A DNA stretch of 64,000 nt, taken from Actinomycetota bacterium (GTDB lineage Bacteria; Actinomycetota; Actinomycetes; S36-B12; UBA5976). Under the pieces are notes generated by a model. It saw only the letters and a list, made by a program, of their open reading frames with translations, was not told the origin of the DNA and did not search any database. A program made the translations under genes and the position numbers. Of the stretch, positions 50,401 to 55,439 are shown in pieces; the first letter of the stretch is position 1; every line of letters starts with the position of its first letter. The DNA lies in assembly GCA_026392515.1 (NCBI GenBank), contig JAPLBY010000030.1, positions 2,902-66,901 on the forward strand, in the 5' to 3' direction.

Positions 50401-50851
50401 TTGAAGTCGCCGGGCCGAATGCTCCCCCTGAGATTGCTGATGCGGTTCCTGCTGTAGCTAAGTTTGAGCTGGTACCAGCACCACCAGTTCCTACCGTAAC
50501 CGAAACAATTTCGGATCCAGAAAAACTAGCGGCATATTTCATTACGGCGCCGCCAAACCCACCAGCCTGCGCAGTACCACCATCGCCGCCTGCAACGATT
50601 AGCACTTGTGCATTCTCAGTTGCATCAGCCGGTGCAGTCCAGTCGCAGGATCCGACCTGCGTAAAGTCGTAAACCCTTCTTAGCGACGTCCCATCAAAAA
50701 CTATTTCTGAACTCACTGCGCACGAAGACGGGACTGCGCTAACTGGTGGCGCAATTTGCAGCAATGTAATTGCAAGTACGGCACTTAACGTCATGCTCCA
50801 GAAACGCAACAGGCGTCTACGCGCGAGCGACGCGCCTTGACCTGTGAACAT
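41435..50851 (-). CDS. Giant secreted multidomain surface protein (about 3,138 aa)
   Basis: Uninterrupted 9.4-kb ORF. The ATG at 50851 is preceded by GGAGG with a 7-nt spacer. The signal peptide is RRRLLRFWSMTLSAVLAITLLQIAPPVSA. Domain-like segments recognised by eye are listed in the findings. The ORF track starts at 50884. Confidence 0.85.
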   Translation of the reverse strand: MFTGQGASLARRRLLRFWSMTLSAVLAITLLQIAPPVSAVPSSCAVSSEIVFDGTSLRRVYDFTQVGSCDWTAPADATENAQVLIVAGGDGGTAQAGGFGGAVMKYAASFSGSEIVSVTVGTGGAGTSSNLATAGTASAISGGAFGPATSNPSMSTTPEYDPILTGFTNVAFGGTQDTNGISGWANSGMGGGEADGFGGPGGDGASGRVVISIPIANSNFSRYRAQDFVNATEVISGYWPDYMHPTDETRQAVVSGLPVQNFSSSGYGTNNVSSFLTVQGTPSDGITFPSNMMTGDYTLFSVARYNDVLSGSYQRIFDGRDGDGGNWLSGFHGAGDPSGIGRSGVAYHGAAGTNSYADGWMIPTTSVHNLDWVISTDQKNLYRSNGITRSIDGFSDGVGPGQLTINNGNFATYESSDFQVADVTAFDRELTAEEYAAVESFLSDTYGIYVEGGNLPSPSPSPSNTGTPGPSDSPSPSDSPSPSDSPSPSDSPSPSDSPSEVAGCIDYRGQDFANNILLDSNGYPIGCDLSNGDSTTPVIAGSSWDEKFASEFNGFGPNGASFTARNGWACDDCSVGAEGVTEGPGAQELSGLPLGFTINFYGHEYSSIYVNSNGSVSFGSPSTCYDTPLDVILKCDSDTGGSVIAPYAVDLDNRDVRNTDYVWDSSRHQEFFYWGKTTIDGKQAFVATWMNSKGYDDSENEGYDDSENVIDRTNLWSTFQIIIKDTSSSSDPGSPSFGSADVIVNYGSMLDSGNGYGSNFMGPSYPCDALSGRCVAVGLGTNYKDENGDWNPQLTSLSDEATLLQYNGLGADEVTDGAAFPINKGLYNSNVDGRYVYHFGNAIAPPVATNSSEPINVRTIGLDGAISVRWDPPNDLGGSAISSYLVQYRNVNDSIWTDASSSATAPYSIRGLTNGERYEVRVSANNGVGDSEFSLSAFGVPGNELQIQSVQDGYSVEDGYWNPLTFVSELVDSGVHISNVLIDGESSFSEDFASKFGRFSYGETSVGFSNGILMSPANVRYFERASELTNRDGINYPNTNSTYESNSAAINDLLWNSESWIPNVMSFIGGEYRPICTNGSGPGSDCAYNSTFIDFDVEPTQNFLKFEYAIAGTETGGEAYEYPDGFALFVGGQSQADNCAILPDGAVPGATLSQRYLSVGNLRLAGFSRTVDRESPLHAVDVSQVMSCVVDISQFKSASENVHVTMGIANANDDAISPAVFLKANSIRFEAVAISKAAIPTGVVNSPYSAYTLTADGGTSPYVYSLALGSDLPPGMALSSSGALSGTPSTVGTFTFTVQVTDSNENSSTQNFSIVIDPEPVIYDQGLINLDVDLVDGEEVVLTPSYRTRISGFDPAAQLSLAMTISNGQFRYTSIDECSGISFPDGSLRETNDTSPQLIAMGTQGALNCLLGKIAITPYYGAKIQAGVIAADSKFDPISKQLYGATVFEPGEAMTWSEARSAAQSNDSVVSGVNGYLASGVTDSEFFAMENFLNTTPNLPERLWIGLTDQADEGTWRWVDGIRDGLTSWMSSRWMSNELPESDTVKNYTFMYTSGADFLKWESSPSENALVGGYLAQWYLPEYGVENWDDFEVSLPANVLEDCDNSNTDQFVTMFSNGNPDDDGNAMTDTSPGAEDSNLLTSLCQNFDVNVFDGGDGSEFAWGMNLQGASALIFPEMDSERDLATTSLNGELLISETIWSGLRYWNNESHPVIFTGAYSHLTDINYLLGTQILFESDWSNTASFDRSEDVNFEAPSTLARANGTSALSTEAFGPTEWEMLSLVNAKGLYKASSGYDTYAVASFENTFNAGGMVYYFGFDWYEDPSSEDASPWVEVINLAAAGDLVVTASNPVADDRFLQGTYVEVGIGGNGHFGSTGSAPDGYHPRDGGEGEGPGGGGSSDRIGFVSDRDKDGWGVGQDDGDFFVPGTPFEGFGVDIGGNSYFNNHQETDIARLSEVAETNSDRQQSTWTSQVLSNGLQVAQVAAVPVNDQRLDVTVTLTNTSDVALEDVYYVRQVDNDANVYACREIDGGWSSLNTVEAQASTSDGLSLVSSIMMDDCNDQVAPTDLTAPHSYLGMVSTDPNSVAALQYENEDEFGFDGFGSQKAVDFVTGMLENDCVPRGNETCINVNITPGAQVFGDSGIGLGFDLGTISAGSTKTVTFSYILSPEQAQEIIDEHNSDNNIVAPVITALRSSFATAVGAPFTLQTNAWLNSSGGTVSYYTISPDLPDGLSLNAETGEITGTPLQAVETSSFTLTAHNLAGSSSVEFLLAATNGPYLFNDMGRVFASWPSVGAELNPEYVYELSTDLGETWGGAFLVEDSSPTLITVEIIGDGISHGSGPVIGDTWMIRVKNLASEAAPWQVSSPFYFGLTGCTSLNPQLKVLMLSTKPNSGTSTNPATSDSEILSAACSSPFVSVEVFDGQGYGEGSIMGSADAWRDALEGIDVVLLPSLVGNDGIWDSAIMSIEAFEVLRNWVFDGGRIVLTGAASYVNDLNRFAYLDEPEDAQIQSATVLPETGVRRNYGANTSLPPTLETYGLDGLDLSGLSPDGYASNYGVTDGTDGLNSTSLVTSFMVNKGWIVALSNDFGDTDASWNKVLKQSIHSSLAPFMIVKEADTFWAMDSAEINGYSINGSDIFEALTGGAVRIGSENSPTTISCINTPSNPAIISKKTEGTTVRCGSVTVDDGIVETPLTVRLTRFFAADSPWVKTSISIDNNDRENSYLNSVWYGGDLGIGDEPLLEVEGQKQNLLEEFNSLSQIAVASDGDNISNDYEAGDGRMVVRVNPSAESENLAGLGLEGNRNIARNQFWSKNYLFVEPGDSNEFSWFESYARYDSGCDRMASLNAWNQVENFLSNSTSEITADGFKSNSRLRFPNLSDIDCQAFTQQVDEIQVTDLGGSVRLIWDRVEFADKYEISYRLEGADSWTHLDEITADANDTSTYLVQELSEGLTYEFRVRPIREDRNEAGDTGKGAWRESASVMVSTAPSPSNSPSPSNSPSPSNSPSPSNSPSPSQPPVVNNPGPDLSSTIVPQMIAQTGPGFPARLKRGKTVKFGITAPSGLPLQVTSVGQCKTTKITKTVTEKVLVGKKIKKKKVKMQTGWAVKATKKKGLCTVTFSNSGDATRSPLASAGTITVF
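41811..41900 (-). repeat. 18-bp tandem array (5 units, last one variant) encoding (SPSPSN)n linker
   Basis: GGGCTTGGCGAGTTTGAT occurs four times perfectly, then GGGCTTGGCGCTGTCGAT. In frame within the giant gene. Confidence 0.95.
48727..48774 (-). repeat. Perfect 24-bp tandem duplication inside the giant gene
   Basis: CATTCTCTGAGTCGTCGTAACCTT occurs twice back to back. It encodes the duplicated ENEGYDDS. Confidence 0.95.
49359..49448 (-). repeat. 18-bp tandem array (about 5 units) encoding (SPSPSD)n linker
   Basis: GGTGAATCCGAAGGAGAT, then GGTGAATCTGAAGGAGAT three times, then a partial unit. In frame within the giant gene. Confidence 0.95.
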
Positions 50852-51073
50852 TCGAGCGCCTCCAGTTTGTGCTTGAAAAAGCACGAAAAACTATGCTGTC
50901 TAACCAAAATAGGGGCGTCGGCTTTGAAACCAATCATTCTTTTACCGTTGTTTAACTAAGTCTGGGGCTACCCCAACCGACCTACTAGGGCTATCCCTAG
51001 CGATGACCAAAGTGTCCGTTTTGATTCACAGAATCTGCAAAATAGACATTTGGAACGCGTCATACTTCTATAT

Positions 51074-51730
51074 ATGAACAGTCCGCGCTTACTCGTCATC
51101 GAAGATGATGCCTTTACGCGAACATCTATAGTCGGTGCTTTGATCGGTAACGGAATTGAAGTAATCGATTCAGTTGGAACCTCAGCTGAGGCCATAACCT
51201 CATTTGAAAAGCACTCCCCTAACGCAGTTCTACTTGATCTAGATCTTGGCTATGGTCCAACAGGTCTTGACCTAGCGCGCGCTTTTAGGTTGCGCAATCC
51301 AAACGTTGGCCTCGTGATGCTTACTTCATACACTGATCCCCGATTGTTGAGGTCTAAACTTCCAGACATTCCTGCCGGTACTGAATATTTAGTAAAAAGC
51401 AATGTCAATGAGATCAAAATTGTTAGCGAAGCGATAGCGCAAGCAATGGACAATGCATCAGGTGCTCGCTCAAAAAGCAGGCAACCACGTCATGACATCC
51501 CGAGAGATATTCAAGGCATGACTGACATCCAAATTGAAACGCTACGGATGGTCGCCCAAGGACATACCAACAGTGAGATTGCAAAGCAGCGATTTGTGAG
51601 CGAAAAGGCTGTTGAGCAAACTATTGCAAAGATTGCTAAAGCTCTCGACATACCTGCTGCCACGAACCAAAATCAACGAGTTCACATTGCGCGAGTTTTC
51701 TTTAGGCTAACTGGTCAAGGAAACATGTAA
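51074..51730 (+). CDS. Response regulator, NarL/LuxR family
   Basis: Receiver domain (LLVIEDD...AVLLDLDLG...MLTSY) plus a C-terminal GerE-type HTH (LRMVAQGHTNSEIAKQRFVSEKAVEQTIAKI). I chose the ATG at 51074 (MNSPRLLVIEDD). Confidence 0.88.
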   Translation: MNSPRLLVIEDDAFTRTSIVGALIGNGIEVIDSVGTSAEAITSFEKHSPNAVLLDLDLGYGPTGLDLARAFRLRNPNVGLVMLTSYTDPRLLRSKLPDIPAGTEYLVKSNVNEIKIVSEAIAQAMDNASGARSKSRQPRHDIPRDIQGMTDIQIETLRMVAQGHTNSEIAKQRFVSEKAVEQTIAKIAKALDIPAATNQNQRVHIARVFFRLTGQGNM

Positions 51731-53451
51731 TGTTTTCGGAAAGTGCGCGCACCGCACTCTCAGGACGTTGGGCAATTTCACGAGATCCCTACATATTCAT
51801 TGCACCAACAACCATCGCATCAGTGATTTTGCTCCAAGCGACAACTTTTGAAGCAGCAGAGATTTGGGGTTGGTTTCTGGCGTCAACCGGCGGCTACTTA
51901 GTTTTTTGTTTTTTGCTGTATTTGGCACACATAACCCTGTATCGAAACCGAGCAACCACACCTGTGCCCGTTGCCTGGATTTTTGCAGTCGGGTTTGTCT
52001 TTGGCGCCATAAAGGGTGCGTCAACTGCCGCTATCAGTGTTGGCTTGAATCTTGAATCTGATCTGAATGCAGAAATAGTCGGAAGAGCACTACCTGCCGG
52101 ATTACTTGGCTTAGCCGGCGTTCCATCTATGGCATTACTTATGCATGCGTTACATGAGTTTCGGCGAAAGCGAGCTGAGCTCATTGCTGAACAACTCTTT
52201 ATTGAATCTAAGGAAGTTCAAAGCCATGAACTAATCGCTACCATGAGCGCTCAATTGCGCGAAAAAGTGGAAGTTGACTTGGGGGTTCTCATGGAGGACC
52301 TAAAAAACAGCTTAGATTCTGATTCAGGTCAGACTGATTCGTGGCAATTGATAGCCGATGACTTGCGAACCACGGCGAATGAAACTGTGCGGGATGTGAG
52401 CCATGGATTGTGGGAGCGACCTGCAACCAAAGTAGAAGAAATTTCCTTCCTCGACCTTGCTCGAGCCATGATTACAACGAGTGCTTTCCCGCTTCGATAC
52501 ATTATTCCGATTTTGCTTGTCTCGGCAGCTCCAGTAAACATCAAGGATCACGGCACGGACGAACTTGTGGTTCGCCTTCTTTCACTTGCCCTTTGCACTT
52601 CCATTACATATCTGATTGCTTCCTGGGGAATCAAGAAATTTGTCGACTATAGATACCAGATCTATTTGTCAGCTCTTGTGTTAGCAGGATTGATTCCATC
52701 CGTTGGTGCAATCGTGATCTTTAATGATCCCGTGAATCAGCACTTTATTGGCGTCTCCATAACCATTGCTCTTTGGCTCCCAACCCTGACGATTACCTGC
52801 GGCCTAATCGATACAGCCTTGAAGCAACGGCAAGAGATTCTCGACGAACTACAATCCCGGATCGACAAGAGTCGCGTTAGAACTGTTTCCGAGAATAATG
52901 AAGCGATTCGCCTAAGTAACGACATGGCGAAGTATCTTCATGGCAACCTTCAGTCTCGGCTGATGGCGTCTGCTTTTGCAATTGAAGCAGCTGGTCGCGC
53001 GCAGGATGCTGGAGCGCTTGCGCAGGAGATTGAAAAGGCCCGCCAAAGTATCCAAACCCCGTTTGATCAATTCACTGGCATTGAACTGGAAGCCATATCA
53101 ATCGAATTGCCTAAATTGATGAAAATGTGGGACGGCGTGCTAACAACAGAAATCAACATTGCTGGGTCAGATGACTTTGTCTCAGTCACGGATACTCGAA
53201 ACATTATTCACATCATCGAAGAATGTTTCTCTAACTCACTTAGGCATGGCCTGGCCACAGAGGCCACAATCATCTTGATTGCAACTGGAACTGGAATCTC
53301 GCTTTCCGTAATTGATAACGGATTAGGTCCACGAGATGGGTTACCAGGTCTTGGGTCCTCACTATTCAATTCGATTGCCGGCAGCAACTGGTCATTGGTT
53401 CGAGGCCCAGACGGCATTGGTACGCAACTTAATTTGCAAATAACCAAGTAG
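51730..53451 (+). CDS. Membrane sensor histidine kinase (HisKA_3-type)
   Basis: 573-aa ORF. The N-terminal half has multiple TM helices. H-box YLHGNLQSRL, N-box ECFSNSLRHG and G-box DNGLGP. Start overlaps the regulator stop (ATGTAATG). Confidence 0.85.
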   Translation: MFSESARTALSGRWAISRDPYIFIAPTTIASVILLQATTFEAAEIWGWFLASTGGYLVFCFLLYLAHITLYRNRATTPVPVAWIFAVGFVFGAIKGASTAAISVGLNLESDLNAEIVGRALPAGLLGLAGVPSMALLMHALHEFRRKRAELIAEQLFIESKEVQSHELIATMSAQLREKVEVDLGVLMEDLKNSLDSDSGQTDSWQLIADDLRTTANETVRDVSHGLWERPATKVEEISFLDLARAMITTSAFPLRYIIPILLVSAAPVNIKDHGTDELVVRLLSLALCTSITYLIASWGIKKFVDYRYQIYLSALVLAGLIPSVGAIVIFNDPVNQHFIGVSITIALWLPTLTITCGLIDTALKQRQEILDELQSRIDKSRVRTVSENNEAIRLSNDMAKYLHGNLQSRLMASAFAIEAAGRAQDAGALAQEIEKARQSIQTPFDQFTGIELEAISIELPKLMKMWDGVLTTEINIAGSDDFVSVTDTRNIIHIIEECFSNSLRHGLATEATIILIATGTGISLSVIDNGLGPRDGLPGLGSSLFNSIAGSNWSLVRGPDGIGTQLNLQITK

Positions 53452-53481
53452 TCATTCTCAACTGGCAATACTCTTTTCTTT

Positions 53482-54618
53482 ATGAATGCACGCGAACAGT
53501 CGCAGTATGACCACATCGTCATCGGTGGTGGCGCAATGGGCTCGGCAACTGCTTGGCAGCTTGCGAAGCGTGGCCGCAGCGTTCTTTTGCTCGAACAGTT
53601 CACAAAAGATCATGTTTCGGGTAGTTCTCATGGCGGCACCAGAATCTTTCGTCTTGGGCATGAGCAAAAGACATACACAACCCTCGGCATTGCTGCCCTT
53701 GATCTTTGGCGCGAGCTCGAAGCCGAATCCAATGAAACATTAGTTGAGTTAATTGGGCACGTTGATCATGGACCCGCAGAAGTTGTCGCTGACATCGAAT
53801 CAAACCTGAAGGCCCAAGGACTTGCATGTGAGCGCATGTCTCCAGAGCAAGCAAATCAGCGTTGGCCCGGAATCACTTTCGATGCAAATGTGGTTTATAG
53901 CCCTGATGGCGGTCGAGCTCATGCGCAACGAACCGTTGACACTTTATGGCGACGGACTGTTGAACTAGGTGGCGAGATTTGGGATAACACCAAGGTTGAG
54001 TCCGTCGAAATTGATGGTGACTTCGCAATCATCGAAACCGCTGATCAAACTCTACAAACAAAGTCTGTAGTGGTTTCTGCTGGAGCCTGGCTCCCCCGAC
54101 TAATTGGTCATCATGTTTCACTTCGTGGTCATCATGTTTCACTTCGGCCTCTGCACGCAGTTCGCGCCCAGCCATCCCATTTCGCTCCCCGACCTGGCTT
54201 TGACGATATAGATATGTGGCCAACGTTTATCCATCGAGGTCTTAGTGCCCAGCCCGAAGTTGAGAACAGTTGGTATGGGCTCTGGACACCCGGCGAAGGC
54301 GTAAAAGTTGGCTCACATCTGGTGCACGATGAACTTGATTTGGACAACCGAAGTTTTGAAATAAATCGTAAGTTTGAGTCAGCGCTGCAAGAATATGTTG
54401 CCCAGTGGTATCCGGGATTAGATGCCGACAAAGTCACCTCAACAACCTGCATTTACACAAATGAGCCGAACGAGCACTTCATATTGGATCGCAAGGGGCC
54501 GCTTACTGTCTGCTCACCCTGTTCAGGCCATGGATTTAAGTACGTACCAGCAATTGGAAATATCACAGCAGATTTAGCGATGGGTGGCACTCAAAGCGTT
54601 AAAGAGTGGCAGTTCTAA
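53482..54618 (+). CDS. Monomeric sarcosine oxidase / N-methyltryptophan oxidase-like FAD enzyme
   Basis: YDHIVIGGGAMGSATAWQLAKRG dinucleotide fold and the C-terminal CSGHGFKY covalent-flavin Cys motif. 378 aa. Confidence 0.85.
   Translation: MNAREQSQYDHIVIGGGAMGSATAWQLAKRGRSVLLLEQFTKDHVSGSSHGGTRIFRLGHEQKTYTTLGIAALDLWRELEAESNETLVELIGHVDHGPAEVVADIESNLKAQGLACERMSPEQANQRWPGITFDANVVYSPDGGRAHAQRTVDTLWRRTVELGGEIWDNTKVESVEIDGDFAIIETADQTLQTKSVVVSAGAWLPRLIGHHVSLRGHHVSLRPLHAVRAQPSHFAPRPGFDDIDMWPTFIHRGLSAQPEVENSWYGLWTPGEGVKVGSHLVHDELDLDNRSFEINRKFESALQEYVAQWYPGLDADKVTSTTCIYTNEPNEHFILDRKGPLTVCSPCSGHGFKYVPAIGNITADLAMGGTQSVKEWQF
54106..54147 (+). repeat. 21-bp tandem duplication (20/21 identical) inside the sarcosine-oxidase-like gene
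   Basis: GGTCATCATGTTTCACTTCGT followed by GGTCATCATGTTTCACTTCGG. It encodes GHHVSLR-GHHVSLR. Confidence 0.95.
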
Positions 54619-54670
54619 GCCATTAGCAAAAAGTGTTCAGGCAAAGTGATTTGTCGCCTACATTAAGAGC

Positions 54671-55246
54671 ATGACCGAAGAGCAGAAATACACCGTCGAA
54701 CGTAAGTTCCCAAAGTTTGAAGTTCGCCGGTATGAGGCCTGTGTATTTGCTGATGTCACGGTGTCAGCGAACTTCCAGGCTGCGGGCAGCATCGCATTTC
54801 GCTCACTGATTGGTTACATTTCAGGAAGCAATGAGCCCAACACAAAAATTGCCATGACCTCCCCCGTGATTCAAGAATCTAAGTCTGAGAATTCATCCAC
54901 CAAGATTGCGATGACATCGCCAGTAATTCAGGAGTCTTCAAACGATTTGCAGATCGTCAGCTTTGTTATGCCGTCAGGTATGACTCTTGATGACTTACCG
55001 TTGCCAACTAACTCAAAGGTCTCTCTCAGGCAGATGTCTGAGCAATTGATAGCAGTTGCGAGATTCACAGGTCGTTGGACTGAGAGTGCATACCAACGCC
55101 AATTGGCTCAATTAAGACAACAGCTTGATCAGAATGGAATGACTGAAATCAGTGCCCCTAGGTATGCTCGCTTTGATCCACCTTGGACCCCATCGTTCTT
55201 GCGTAGAAACGAAATCCAAATTCCAATCGCAACCCCGACCCAATAG
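54671..55246 (+). CDS. SOUL heme-binding protein family
   Basis: YEVRRYEA near the N-terminus and two IAMTSPV motifs are typical of SOUL/HEBP. 191 aa. Confidence 0.8.
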   Translation: MTEEQKYTVERKFPKFEVRRYEACVFADVTVSANFQAAGSIAFRSLIGYISGSNEPNTKIAMTSPVIQESKSENSSTKIAMTSPVIQESSNDLQIVSFVMPSGMTLDDLPLPTNSKVSLRQMSEQLIAVARFTGRWTESAYQRQLAQLRQQLDQNGMTEISAPRYARFDPPWTPSFLRRNEIQIPIATPTQ

Positions 55247-55259
55247 ACTGGTGTTTCTG

Positions 55260-55333
55260 GGGGCGGTAGCTCAGTTGGTCAGAGCATCGGACTCATAATC
55301 CGTGGGTCGTCGGTTCGAGCCCGACCCGCCCCA
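55260..55333 (+). tRNA. tRNA-Met (anticodon CAT; elongator-type, Ile2/lysidine type not excluded)
   Basis: GGGGCGGTAGCTCAGTTGGTCAGAGCATCGGACTCATAATCCGTGGGTCGTCGGTTCGAGCCCGACCCGCCCCA folds as a cloverleaf with a paired 1:72 and anticodon loop CTCATAA. Confidence 0.9.
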
Positions 55334-55378
55334 CCGTTAAGGACTTTTTAAGTCTTTTAGAGCCGTTTAAGGCACTTT

Positions 55379-55399
55379 GACAGCAACGTTGACAGCAAC
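55379..55399 (+). promoter_or_regulatory. GACAGCAAC-N3-GACAGCAAC direct-repeat motif, copy A
   Basis: GACAGCAACGTTGACAGCAAC lies 45 nt after the tRNA-Met 3' end. Related copies are at 57254 and 58013. Confidence 0.45.
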
Positions 55400-55439
55400 C
55401 ATCTCAAAGAGTCACACAAAAAAAATTTCTAGGCTTGAG

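Noticed and set aside
50214-50672. 152-aa plus-strand ORF, with many other 60-150-aa ORFs antisense to the giant gene
   Set aside because: These are mirror-frame ORFs generated by Gly/Pro/Ser-rich coding on the other strand. They have low-complexity translations and no starts with an RBS.
54844-54945. Duplicated TKIAMTSPVIQES peptide in the SOUL protein, considered as another recent duplication
   Set aside because: The two DNA copies are substantially diverged. Two MTxPV motifs are a normal feature of the SOUL/HEBP fold, so this is an ancient family feature and not recent slippage.
55337-55362. Weak hairpin AAGGACT-TTTTA-AGTCTTT after tRNA-Met as a terminator
   Set aside because: The stem is only 7 bp, AT-rich and needs a G:U pair. 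That is too weak to report as a feature.
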